Shown one piece after another: positions 1 through 9,959 of a stretch of 64,000 bases of DNA. The notes below the pieces were generated by a model. That model saw nothing but the letters and a program-made list of their open reading frames with translations, was not told where the DNA came from and ran no database searches. The stretch lies in assembly GCA_019058295.1 (NCBI GenBank), contig JAHPZI010000028.1:96001-160000 (forward strand), given 5' to 3'. The first letter of the stretch is position 1. Each line of letters opens with the position of its first letter. A program made the position numbers and the translations under genes. Origin of the DNA: Promethearchaeota archaeon (GTDB lineage Archaea > Asgardarchaeota > Lokiarchaeia > Sigyniarchaeales > SOKP01).

Positions 1-623
1 ATCGATGCTGTAAGAAGTTTACATCCTTCTTTCCAAAATCCTGGCACTAAACAAAAGTTTGGTTGGTAGATAGAAAGCGCCATAGCATTTGCCATTTTCT
101 CAGCATCAAAATTTTTAACTTTAGCAACCGCAGTTGCAGCTCCTAAATTATGTATATAACTCCACATTTGACCATTTAAAGGCCCAAAAAAGCATGAAAG
201 TGAGAGTCTTCCCATTACTTCATTTGTTACTGTAGCTGTGACAATAAGGTCTCTCAGTTTTCCATTGATTGGCTCTAAAAATGCTAATGGTGTGATAACT
301 GAACTATAACCCATATGTCCCATAAGCATATAATCATCAAAATCAAGACTCATTGCATAGGCCGCATTAACAACTGCAGCCTCCTCAGGACCTAATTTCT
401 TTTTTAAAGCAATGACAGTTGAAGTTTGTGAGTTATTACCTTTTATTTTTTCAGCATTATATATTTTTAAAGCCTCTGGATGCCAATCTGAGAATTTAAT
501 TGCTGTAATAGAATTAATTATCTGTAGCTTAATTTTTTCAACAACTCGAGAAGGTATATCTTCAAATTTAGTCTTTGAAGCGAATTGAGCAAATCTTTCT
601 ATAATAGTTTGTTTTTTTGTCAT
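1..623 (-). CDS. MmgE/PrpD family protein (N-terminal part; runs off window start)
   Basis: Manual translation from ATG at 623: MTKKQTIIERFAQFASKTKFEDIPSRVVEKIKLQII...AAVVNAAYAMSLDFDDY..GH, the typical PrpD N-terminal pattern. Not in the ORF track because it is truncated. Confidence 0.85.
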   Translation of the reverse strand, partial: MTKKQTIIERFAQFASKTKFEDIPSRVVEKIKLQIINSITAIKFSDWHPEALKIYNAEKIKGNNSQTSTVIALKKKLGPEEAAVVNAAYAMSLDFDDYMLMGHMGYSSVITPLAFLEPINGKLRDLIVTATVTNEVMGRLSLSCFFGPLNGQMWSYIHNLGAATAVAKVKNFDAEKMANAMALSIYQPNFCLVPGFWKEGCKLLTAS

Positions 624-831
624 ATAACCATACTTTTTATTAATTTTGAATAAATTATAATACTCTTATGATAATATAAGATAGTACAAATAGTATATAT
701 ATTTTAGACCAATTAAAAAATAATCTAAATTAAGAGAAACTAGATCCATAATATCTTAAGGAATTGGAAAAAGAATTAGCTCTATTGTTAATTTAAATGA
801 AAATTTTTTCATTTATTACAATAATTATTCT

Positions 832-1122
832 TTATATTTTCAATAATCTGCTTCCATGAATAATCATTTTTATATGAATTTTTTGTTCTTCTTCATTATA
901 ATGATAAATTATTCGATATTTCTGAATTAATATTTCTCTATCTCTTGGATTTTTAGATTCTGGCACTTTCCTCCCGATTTTAGGAAATTGCTTTAAATAT
1001 TCAATAGATTCAATAATATTCTCAAAAAGAGTTTTTGCATATTGTAGAGAGCTTTTTAAAATATAAGCGATAATGTCATCAAGGTCATTCTCAGCCTCTT
1101 CAGTCCACTCTATTTGAACCAT
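832..1122 (-). CDS. RelE/ParE family type II toxin
   Basis: IEWTEEAENDLDDI...L.QFPKIGRKVPE...REI..KYRIIY..IIHGSR pattern, 96 aa. Confidence 0.85.
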   Translation of the reverse strand: MVQIEWTEEAENDLDDIIAYILKSSLQYAKTLFENIIESIEYLKQFPKIGRKVPESKNPRDREILIQKYRIIYHYNEEEQKIHIKMIIHGSRLLKI

Positions 1123-1313
1123 TTTTTCTTTACCCGTTCAATGACTTGGTCATGAGGATGAGTTTTCCCTTCATTAATTTGACTTTCCGCTCTAAAAAGT
1201 TTTTGTTTTACAAAAAGATGATATTGAATGTCTTCTAAAGTTGTATCTTCAGGTAAATCTTTTATTAGCTTTATTACTTCCTTTTTTACATTCAAATTAT
1301 TGCTCGTATTCAT
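1110..1313 (-). CDS. Putative antitoxin
   Basis: 67 aa, upstream of and overlapping the toxin; LPEDTTLEDIQYHL...EG.T.PHDQV...W pattern typical of ParE-associated antitoxins. Confidence 0.75.
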   Translation of the reverse strand: MNTSNNLNVKKEVIKLIKDLPEDTTLEDIQYHLFVKQKLFRAESQINEGKTHPHDQVIERVKKKWFK

Positions 1314-1520
1314 AATATATCATTATATAAATAGTAATTAAAATATAAATTCTTTTAGCTTTTTGTTTTGAGAAGACTATGAGCAATAATAAATTATGAA
1401 TTTTAGGTTTTAAAGGAAATTAAGCTCTTTAATCTATTTTAACTATAAATCTTCAATAATACAATATTTTATATGAATATATTTTTTAATATCATACAAG
1501 AATAAGTTTAGTTATTAATA

Positions 1521-3248
1521 ATGGTTGTATCTCAGAAAAAAGGAAGTAAAAAAAAAAAGGAACTAGCACAAAGCGAAGAAAAAATTACAGAATTAGCGAA
1601 AATTGCATGGGCTAAAACTTTAAAAGAATTTTATTATCCACCATTAAATGAACCTAATTTTGTCTTTGATTACACTCATAAAGAGGGTTTTTATATAGAT
1701 CCCGATCATAAATGGCAAATTACTATGAATTTAGCAAATACTCCTTTATTTAGAGATGATAATGAGTATATTGATTATTTTCATATTATATCGCTTCACG
1801 AGGTCTCGCATTATCAAATAATACCTTATGATGGAACTATTAACGCCAAATTATTAAAAGCTGCGATGAAACGTGTGAATCAGAATTTTGCACCAATTGT
1901 GGTAAATGTGTTTGGAGATTTAGTAATAGATTTTAAATTATTTAAAAAATATCCGGATTTAATGTTATGGGAGGCTAAGAAGACCTACGAATTTATTATA
2001 AGTAGTAATAAAAATCAACTTAGTAGATTTACGAAATTCCTTTTCAGAGCCTACGAAAAAATGTGGGATGTAGAAATCTCACCTGATAACTCTCTTGACG
2101 AGATGGATTCTTTAGTAAAAAAGGTTATCAATGTAATTTTAAAAAATTTCGAGGACGAAACTAAATGGGAAGAAAAAGTATCAAAGATAGCCTATCATTT
2201 AAGAGGCCTAATTAACGATACTTTCACTTTAATAGGTCGAGGTGTACGATGTGATAAAGGAAAAGTTAAACGGAAAGCCCCTGGAAAAGGTGGAGGTATA
2301 GAATTCCCGGAAGATATTTTAGAACTTATGGATAATCCCTTAGAAAATAAAAACTCAGACAAATTGAAGAGAGATAATGAAGATGACTTAAGACAAAAAG
2401 CAGAGGATTTTGCTAAAGAAACACCTTATTCTGAGTTTGGAGCCCCTGCTGGGCAAGCTGGTATTTTAATTGATGGAAATCCATTAGCTACATGGTATCG
2501 CGGATTAGCAAAAAATCTCATAGAAATTCGAATATTCGAAGAGAAACTAGGGGGCGGACAAGTCCCTATTTGTCCAGAAGTATGGAAAATTGGAGATCCA
2601 ATTGAAGAATTAGATGTTGTTCAATCTCTATTGAATTCTCCAGTAATAATTCCCAATATCACAACACGGAAATGGATTTTTAAAGAAGGACCCGGACACT
2701 TAGAAGAAAAACAAATCCCGGATCTATTGATTGTCTTGGATTCGTCAGGATCAATGGGGTGGAACTATACAGCTAACACAAATAAAGGAAGAGGTGAATA
2801 TCATACTGCGTTAGTAGCCTCCTTCGCAGCACTTCACTTCGCAGCAACTAAAGGTGTTAAATTTAGTATAATAAACTTTTCAAATCGAGCAGATATCTGC
2901 CAATGGACTAACGATTATCAAAAAGCAGAAAGAACTTTGTTAAGATATCAAGGAGGTGGAACTGTTCTTCCGACTAAAGCCATTACAGCTCAATGTGACA
3001 AAGCTGAAAGAAAAGTTCTAATATTTATTATAACCGATTTTGGCATTTACAATTGGAGTGGTGCTAAAAAAAATATGATTAATTTGGCGAATAAAGGTCA
3101 TAAAACAGTTGGGTTCTTCATTGGAGCTTCGAATATACCAAAAAATAGATTTAAAGATATGCTTGACAAAGTTACATTTTATCCAATAAAAAATATTAAA
3201 GATTTAATTAATTTGGTAATAAAAGAAGTTAAAAAATATTATATATGA
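1521..3248 (+). CDS. HEXXH metallopeptidase-like domain plus C-terminal vWA domain protein
   Basis: HEVSH motif; MIDAS motif LDSSGSM, GGGT, ITD. Confidence 0.8.
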   Translation: MVVSQKKGSKKKKELAQSEEKITELAKIAWAKTLKEFYYPPLNEPNFVFDYTHKEGFYIDPDHKWQITMNLANTPLFRDDNEYIDYFHIISLHEVSHYQIIPYDGTINAKLLKAAMKRVNQNFAPIVVNVFGDLVIDFKLFKKYPDLMLWEAKKTYEFIISSNKNQLSRFTKFLFRAYEKMWDVEISPDNSLDEMDSLVKKVINVILKNFEDETKWEEKVSKIAYHLRGLINDTFTLIGRGVRCDKGKVKRKAPGKGGGIEFPEDILELMDNPLENKNSDKLKRDNEDDLRQKAEDFAKETPYSEFGAPAGQAGILIDGNPLATWYRGLAKNLIEIRIFEEKLGGGQVPICPEVWKIGDPIEELDVVQSLLNSPVIIPNITTRKWIFKEGPGHLEEKQIPDLLIVLDSSGSMGWNYTANTNKGRGEYHTALVASFAALHFAATKGVKFSIINFSNRADICQWTNDYQKAERTLLRYQGGGTVLPTKAITAQCDKAERKVLIFIITDFGIYNWSGAKKNMINLANKGHKTVGFFIGASNIPKNRFKDMLDKVTFYPIKNIKDLINLVIKEVKKYYI

Positions 3249-3256
3249 TATACCTA

Positions 3257-3826
3257 TTACATTAATTTTTTTAAGAGATTTTTAACAATATCATTATTTT
3301 CTTCTTTAATTTGAAAATAATCATAGAAATACTTAGTTAAAAATATTGTTTCTTCATTTTCAAAAATTAATTTTAATTTTTTAAGCCTTTCAATATTGTT
3401 ATAAACAGTTTTTGACCTTCCTCTTTTAGAATATAATTTTTTTAGCGTAGCAGATGGTTGCAAATAAGCAATAACAGCTAATGTTTTAATTTCGCTTTTT
3501 CTAAATAAATCGCCTCGAGTAAATTTTTCTATAGAATTGAGTATTGGATCCTTCACCTTCAATTGAAATCTTAAATTCGAAAATTCTACAATTTCAAGAG
3601 AAGTTTTAAATTTTTTATAATCGTCAGCGAGTTCTCGAATTAATTTTAATACAACTCTTTTTTTATTTTTAGGAAATATTTTATATATTTCTTCTGAAGA
3701 CAGAATTCTACGAGCCTTAAAAAGTGCTGCTTCAATTCTTCTTTTAATTTTATCTTGAGCTACCCTTTGAAGGCGAATCTTTTCTTCAGTTTCTAATGAA
3801 TAATGATATTCCTTAGGACTGAGCAA
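3257..3826 (-). CDS. scpB: SMC-Scp complex subunit ScpB
   Basis: IEAALF and TLAVIAYLQP motifs; overlaps the 3' end of smc. Confidence 0.85.
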   Translation of the reverse strand: MLSPKEYHYSLETEEKIRLQRVAQDKIKRRIEAALFKARRILSSEEIYKIFPKNKKRVVLKLIRELADDYKKFKTSLEIVEFSNLRFQLKVKDPILNSIEKFTRGDLFRKSEIKTLAVIAYLQPSATLKKLYSKRGRSKTVYNNIERLKKLKLIFENEETIFLTKYFYDYFQIKEENNDIVKNLLKKLM

Positions 3827-6800
3827 TTTGTTCTAACGCCTCTTTGATGTTTAAATTAAGTACTTCTGTTAATCCATGGACATTTGAGACACCTAATAAG
3901 TGGTCTGTTTTTGTCATTGTCACATCACGATGAGTTATTAAGATAAATTGAGATTTTTCTGACAATTCTTTTATCATTGAAGCAACATGGTTAGCATTAT
4001 TTTCGTCAAAAGCAGCATCAATTTCGTCCAAAATATAATAGGGAGAAGGTATGGCCATTTGGATTCCCAAGATTAATGCAACCACAGTTAGCGTCTTTTC
4101 TCCACCGGACATTGATTGAGTCAAACACCATTTCTTTCCTCCGGGTCTTGCAATTATTTTAACACCTCCTGCGAAGGGATCCTCTTGATTCTCTAATTTT
4201 AATTTAGCTTCCCCACCAGGAGATAATTTGGCAAATATCTCTTTAAAACGATCGTTTATCCCATTGAATGTATTAAGAAAGGTATTTTTCTTTTCAAGTT
4301 CAATTCTTTCTATAAATTCTAAAATCGATATTCTTTCATCTACTACAATCTCATGTTTCTCAATAAGCTCATCGTATCTCTCTTTAATTTTATCGTATTT
4401 TGTTATTGCTCTCATATTAATAGGTTCTAATTGTTGCTTAATTTCGACACATTCATTTATAATATTAGATAATTTATCTTTAGAAAAAGATAAGAGATTT
4501 TGAATTTTTTCTAACTCTTCGTTGCTTATGTGATAATTTTCTTCCAGCTCATCTTTCTGAGATTTTATATTCTGTAAATTGATTTCTAAAGTGTTTATCT
4601 TAATATTTTTTGGAACAATCTTTGATTTTAAATCTTCTATTTCAGTATTGAGTTTCGTTTGAGATAATAACAACTCTTCCCTTTTTGAATAAAATTGTCC
4701 AACAACTTCATTTTTCTTTAATAATTCAGATTCCAATCCTTTAATAGTTGTTTCAATATCAACTAATTCTTTTTCAAGAGATTCGAGCTTAAAAGTATTA
4801 TCTTTGATCTCTTCTTGGGAATTATTTATGGTAGATTCTATTTCAGATTCCCGATTATTTATTACATCTTCTAATTGAGTTCTTAGTTTAGTTACCTCTA
4901 AATTAATTTGCATATAATCTTTTTCTAATTCGGCAATGTTCTTTCTTAAATTGTTGATTTTTTTGGTGAAATCATTATCTTCAAGCAAGGAAATCTTAGA
5001 TTTAAGTTCATTTTCATCATTCATTAATTCAGATAAAATTTGCTCTATATCATTTAATTTCAATTGTTCAGTTTGTAATTTTTCTTCAATATTTTTAATT
5101 TCGGTCTTTATTTCTTCAATTTTAACAATATAATCTTTTAATTCCTCTTCCTTTCTTAAAAAATTGTCTTTTAATACTGCTAATTTTTTTCTTACTTCAC
5201 TTAATTCATTATTAGCTGAAATCTTACTTTTATAACTTAAAGCAATTTGCTTATCAATATTCTTTAATTTTTTCAAATAGGATTCTTCTTCTCTTTTTAA
5301 TTGATTTAACTCTGTTTCCAATTTTGGTATTTTCGATTCCTCCTGTGATATAAAACCTCCTCTCATTGATTGTTTAAACGTGCCACCCGTCATCAAATTC
5401 GACATTTCTACAACGTCCCCGTTTAAAGTTACTTTTCTAGCTTTTATATCTAATTTTGAAGCAGTTTCAATATCAGAAACCACAATAGTTCTTCCAAAAA
5501 CGAATTCAAAAGCTTTTTTAAACAAATCATCGAATTGAATTAAATCTACAGCTCTTCCAATTACATTTTCGTTGTTATTTAAATCATAATTGATGCTATT
5601 AGTTTTTATCTTATCTAAAGGTATAAAAGAAGCACGACCAATTTTCTTCTTCTTAAGAAAATTTATACATTGTTTTGCTGTTGCTTGATTTTCAACTACA
5701 ATATAATTAAATTTATTCCCGCCTGCTATTTGAAGTGCAGTATTATACTCTTCTCTTGTTTTTCCTAACTGAGCAATAGTGCCATAAATGGTTCCTGAAA
5801 TTTTGAGTTTAGAAGATAATTCTCTCTCATTTTTCAATCTTAAAATCGCTTCTAATGCCTTGTTTGATGATAATTTTTGGATTACTTTTATTTTACTCTT
5901 AAGAGATATTAGTTTCTCATGCTTTTCATTTATTATAGATTGAATTTCTTTTAATTTTTTTTCTAAATTTTGCTTTTTACTTTCTAAATCATTAAAACTA
6001 AGGTTATTTTCAGGATTTTCCTTATAATTCTTTTCTTCCAAATCCAATCTCTTTATTTCTTGTTTTATCTTTTCAATCTCTTCATTAAGAACATCTACTC
6101 TATTTACTTTATTACTTAAATTATCTTTAGAACTTTCTAATTTATTTGTTAAAACCTTAATTTCAGATTTTATCTCACTTTTTATTTCATTTTTTTCTGC
6201 AATATTATTTTTTAGAGATTCAAGATTTTCTTGAAAACCTTTATATTTAGAATCAAATTCTTTAGTTTGCTCTTCGCTATGGTATAATTCTTCTTTTAAC
6301 GATTGGAGATTTTCCTTAATTTCCTTTTTCTCTTTCTTCTTAGCCATCAAATTATTTTGAATAATTTTTTTGGTTTCTTCAAGTTCCTCTTTTTTCTTAA
6401 AAGAATCTATTAAATTTTTTTTTAGTTTTAATATTTCTTTTTGAAAATTTTCCTTCTGCGTTTCTTTTTTAGCAATATCAGTTTTCAACTTATTTAGTTT
6501 TAGAGTTAGTTCTTTCAATTCATTTGTTTGAAGTTTTTTAATCTCTTCATTGATTTTATCCAACTCAACAGCAATTTTACTCAAATCTTCTCTTTTTTCT
6601 AGAAGATTATAATTAATTTCTTGAATTTCTTTTATCAAAGTTTCCTTTTTAGCGATAAATCTATCAATCTGTTTTTCAAAATCTCTCAATTTTAAAATAA
6701 TAAGAGCATTTTCAGCGTTTTTTTGCTTTGAATCGTGTTCTTGATATTTTAAGGCGTCATCTTTTTCTTTTTCTAAGGAATCTAATTGAATTGATAGTTC

Positions 6801-7400
6801 ATTTAGTAAAAGAGTAATTTTAGAGATATTTTCTTCTACTTTGGCTAAATCTTTTTCTGCTTTTTCTTTCTTTTCATTATACGAAGCGATTCCGGAAATA
6901 TCTTCAATTAATCCCCTGCGTTCGTTGTTATTCATTGTTATAAGTCTAAAGAGTTCTCCTTGCAAAATAAGATTAGACGAGTTTGGTAATAACCCTGCTA
7001 AATCCAAAATATCTTGTAGTTCTCTCCTCGTAATAACTTTATCATTTAAAAAATATTTTCCTTTACCATCAATATATATCTTTCTCGAAACCTTTACTGT
7101 ATTGCTTTCAACTGGGATGGAAAAAATTCTGTCAGAATTATCGAAAACCACATCTACCCTTGCATATTTAGAAGGAGTCCCTCCATTACTGCCTCCGTTA
7201 CATATTAAGTCTTTTATATTATTTACTCTCATTTTGTTTCCGGATAATTCTCCTATTGCAAATACAAACGCATCTAAGATGTTGGATTTCCCACTTCCAT
7301 TTGAGCCAACTATTGAAGTAAACCCTTTGCTAAAATTGATTTTTGTTTTTTCTTTAAAGCTTTTAAAGCCTTCACAAATTAAAGATTTTATATACACCAT
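3813..7400 (-). CDS. smc: Chromosome segregation protein SMC
   Basis: Walker A GSNGSGKS, coiled coils, hinge (GTIAQL, GRASFIPL, VTLNGD), signature MSGGEK, Walker B YILDEIDAAFD. Confidence 0.97.
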   Translation of the reverse strand: MVYIKSLICEGFKSFKEKTKINFSKGFTSIVGSNGSGKSNILDAFVFAIGELSGNKMRVNNIKDLICNGGSNGGTPSKYARVDVVFDNSDRIFSIPVESNTVKVSRKIYIDGKGKYFLNDKVITRRELQDILDLAGLLPNSSNLILQGELFRLITMNNNERRGLIEDISGIASYNEKKEKAEKDLAKVEENISKITLLLNELSIQLDSLEKEKDDALKYQEHDSKQKNAENALIILKLRDFEKQIDRFIAKKETLIKEIQEINYNLLEKREDLSKIAVELDKINEEIKKLQTNELKELTLKLNKLKTDIAKKETQKENFQKEILKLKKNLIDSFKKKEELEETKKIIQNNLMAKKKEKKEIKENLQSLKEELYHSEEQTKEFDSKYKGFQENLESLKNNIAEKNEIKSEIKSEIKVLTNKLESSKDNLSNKVNRVDVLNEEIEKIKQEIKRLDLEEKNYKENPENNLSFNDLESKKQNLEKKLKEIQSIINEKHEKLISLKSKIKVIQKLSSNKALEAILRLKNERELSSKLKISGTIYGTIAQLGKTREEYNTALQIAGGNKFNYIVVENQATAKQCINFLKKKKIGRASFIPLDKIKTNSINYDLNNNENVIGRAVDLIQFDDLFKKAFEFVFGRTIVVSDIETASKLDIKARKVTLNGDVVEMSNLMTGGTFKQSMRGGFISQEESKIPKLETELNQLKREEESYLKKLKNIDKQIALSYKSKISANNELSEVRKKLAVLKDNFLRKEEELKDYIVKIEEIKTEIKNIEEKLQTEQLKLNDIEQILSELMNDENELKSKISLLEDNDFTKKINNLRKNIAELEKDYMQINLEVTKLRTQLEDVINNRESEIESTINNSQEEIKDNTFKLESLEKELVDIETTIKGLESELLKKNEVVGQFYSKREELLLSQTKLNTEIEDLKSKIVPKNIKINTLEINLQNIKSQKDELEENYHISNEELEKIQNLLSFSKDKLSNIINECVEIKQQLEPINMRAITKYDKIKERYDELIEKHEIVVDERISILEFIERIELEKKNTFLNTFNGINDRFKEIFAKLSPGGEAKLKLENQEDPFAGGVKIIARPGGKKWCLTQSMSGGEKTLTVVALILGIQMAIPSPYYILDEIDAAFDENNANHVASMIKELSEKSQFILITHRDVTMTKTDHLLGVSNVHGLTEVLNLNIKEALEQIAQS

Positions 7401-7700
7401 TGTTAAAATAAAAAATTATTTTTTTGAGAGGTTTTATATATTTCTCCAATTATAGCTGAGAAATATCTACATATATATATCAATAATATAACTATTTCAT
7501 TTCAATTGGAGTAATATTTAGATATTATCTCTTGGATTTATTTGTTAGATAAAAATTTAAGCATTTAAGAATCACAATTAACCTTAGATAGTATAATTGT
7601 CAATTTTTTTAAAAAAATTAAAATATTAAGATGATTAAATTATATTTGTATCGATTTTCATATATATATTCTTATAAAATAGAATTTAGTACAAATACTA

Positions 7701-8090
7701 ATGTCAAATAATAGCGATCTTGGTTCAAATGAAGATAACGGATTAGAAATTAATTTACTTAAGTGGTTGGAACAACTCAAAGAATATAGAAAAGCAGAAT
7801 CAGAAAAAATAACAACCCAACCAGAAGAAACATCAAATGTTGACTTAAAAGAAATGATTAATGTTGCTGCTTATTTTTTATCACAAAACCAGTTGAGTTA
7901 TAATGACTTATGTTGGCTGCTCGCTGAAAAGCAACTTATAATTCAAAAGGGCGATGAAAATGTTTCTGTAGAAGAAATTCGGAAGAAAGCTGAAGAGATA
8001 TTTCGCTCATCTTGTACTTACGATGAACTATGTTGGTTGATATCAGAACTTAAAATTTTAATAGAAAAAAAATTATTGGAAATAGGTTAA
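7701..8090 (+). CDS. Hypothetical protein with two helical repeats (DUF2934-like)
   Basis: AAYFLSQNQLSYNDLCWLLAEKQL and KAEEIFRSSCTYDELCWLISELKI internal repeat. Confidence 0.6.
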   Translation: MSNNSDLGSNEDNGLEINLLKWLEQLKEYRKAESEKITTQPEETSNVDLKEMINVAAYFLSQNQLSYNDLCWLLAEKQLIIQKGDENVSVEEIRKKAEEIFRSSCTYDELCWLISELKILIEKKLLEIG

Positions 8091-8142
8091 ATTTGATTAG
8101 ATTTCACTAGCAAAGTGAAAAATATAATACATGCAATTTCAG

Positions 8143-8799
8143 TTATTGCATTAATTCCTCTATTTCTTTATCTGAGAGAAATCCTTTGATTTCTATCAAT
8201 TCTTGGATTTTTTTTAGAACTTTGGGGGCCTTACTCATCTCTGATTTTTCTGCCTCAAGAGCCTCAAGTTTTTTGTTCAGTGCATCCATTTCATCCCCTT
8301 TTTTTAAAAGATCATTATTGATATTTTCAACTTCTTTATCTTTTTGCTTTAAAATATTTTTAATGTCTTCAATTTCTTTATCTTTTTGTTTTAGAGGGCT
8401 TTCTAAATTCGCTATCTTACTCTTAAGATTTTCTATTTCTTTATCTTTATTTTCTACTGTTTGTTTAAGATCCGCTTCCTTGTCATTAGAGTTTTTTAAG
8501 CTGCTTTCGAAATCGGCACTTTTTGATTCTAAATCGGCTCTTTTTTTTTCTAAATCTTTTATTTTATTTTCTAAATCTGCTATTTTTTTTTCTAAATTAG
8601 ATATTTCATTAGAATTTTCTGATTTAATTTTATCAATTTCTTTATTAGAATCAAGTTTCTGTTTTTCAATATCCTTTTTTGAACTTGATAATTGTTTTTC
8701 TAAATCAGTAATTTTTGCCCTAAGATCTAGTAAGGCTCTTCCATCAACCTTTTGTTTGGCGTCAGGCTTTTCTTCAATGCGTGACCAATCAATAGTCAT
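8143..8799 (-). CDS. Coiled-coil protein
   Basis: Long heptad pattern (K/E/D/L-rich) with short globular ends. Confidence 0.75.
   Translation of the reverse strand: MTIDWSRIEEKPDAKQKVDGRALLDLRAKITDLEKQLSSSKKDIEKQKLDSNKEIDKIKSENSNEISNLEKKIADLENKIKDLEKKRADLESKSADFESSLKNSNDKEADLKQTVENKDKEIENLKSKIANLESPLKQKDKEIEDIKNILKQKDKEVENINNDLLKKGDEMDALNKKLEALEAEKSEMSKAPKVLKKIQELIEIKGFLSDKEIEELMQ
8507..8598. repeat. 21-nt periodic heptad-coding repeat
   Basis: tc(t/g)aaat recurs at 8507, 8528, 8549, 8570 and 8591. Confidence 0.7.
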
Positions 8800-8894
8800 T
8801 TTTTTTTCAACCTTTTATTAGATTAAATATTTTAATTAATATATGTCATTTTATTTAATATTAAATTAAAATTATATATACAAATTTAAAAAAA

Positions 8895-9725
8895 CTATCT
8901 TTTTTTTTTATAAATTTGAATAGCTTTTTCATTTAGGAATTTTCCCTTTTTATTAATTAATTTAATACAGTCAATAATTATTGGTTTTCCATAATTTCTT
9001 TTGAATTCCTTAATAATAACGTTTTTAATTAATTTTTTAGTTTTTCTGTATTTTTTATAATCATAAGGATTTTCTTTTAAATAAATTTGGATATAACTTA
9101 AAATTTGATTCTTCAATGAGTTTTTAACATTTTTATCATAAAATCTAGCAATTCTAAAATTGTTAAAATTAGTACATAATAAATTCCAATTAGGAATAAA
9201 AGTGAAATTAGAGTTTCTGAAATAATAATATTCGAAACCGCTCTGTATTATTTTATCTGTTTTTTTATCTGAAAGGGAATAGTGTAAAGCATATGGTGCA
9301 GAGATTTTACTTTTTGAGTGGGTTACATTTACGTAATAAACTCTCCCGCCATATATTTTATGAAGAAATTTCTCTACTGGATTTATTCTTACATTTTTTT
9401 TGTGTTCGGGAAATTTAGGGCTTGCGACACATTTTCCTTTACCGTGTAAAATCCAGAGTACATATATTTTTTGTTGATTATATTCCTTTGTTCTTTTGAC
9501 AATCTCTTTAATTGAAATTCTGGATTGCTGGATTTCAACAACTATTTCTTGGCCATTTTTCAGTTTAAAATAAACGTCTGCTCTACGATTTTTAACATAT
9601 TTTTCAGTAGAGCTTTCAGCTATATTAAAATTTCTTTCTGATACATATTTAAAGATTAATTGCTTAATCGATTTGTGATAAAACGACTCAGATTTTTTAT
9701 CTAGCAGGATACTTAGATCATCCAT
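8895..9725 (-). CDS. CoiA-like PD-(D/E)XK nuclease
   Basis: ES..HK..K, RRADVY, VEIQQS, RT..Y...IYVLWI motifs. Confidence 0.8.
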   Translation of the reverse strand: MDDLSILLDKKSESFYHKSIKQLIFKYVSERNFNIAESSTEKYVKNRRADVYFKLKNGQEIVVEIQQSRISIKEIVKRTKEYNQQKIYVLWILHGKGKCVASPKFPEHKKNVRINPVEKFLHKIYGGRVYYVNVTHSKSKISAPYALHYSLSDKKTDKIIQSGFEYYYFRNSNFTFIPNWNLLCTNFNNFRIARFYDKNVKNSLKNQILSYIQIYLKENPYDYKKYRKTKKLIKNVIIKEFKRNYGKPIIIDCIKLINKKGKFLNEKAIQIYKKKR

Positions 9726-9959
9726 AGAATATCATTTATTCTGTCAAGTGCATTAATGAAAATTGATACAAATATTATTTAATTCTCATGAGTTCAGAGA
9801 TTTAATAAAAAATTATTGAGTTTGAAATGTGTTTCTTCTATATATAATCAAAAGAAACAGAAAAATGTCATTTTTAAAAAAATTTTTCTTTATATATTGT
9901 GGATTTATTAGGAAATTAACTCACTGTCCTTTTTTAAAAAATATATTGTATTAATAAAA

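Noticed and set aside
832-1313. Mobile element around the TA pair
   Set aside because: No integrase, transposase or flanking repeats visible
4228-8821. Plus-strand ORFs 4228-4503, 4936-5133, 6841-7455 and 8186-8821
   Set aside because: Ser/Phe/Leu-rich antisense shadows of K/E-rich coiled-coil genes
3257-9725. Wadjet/MksBEFG-type defence system
   Set aside because: SMC has a canonical hinge and housekeeping motifs; no JetA or JetD-like genes
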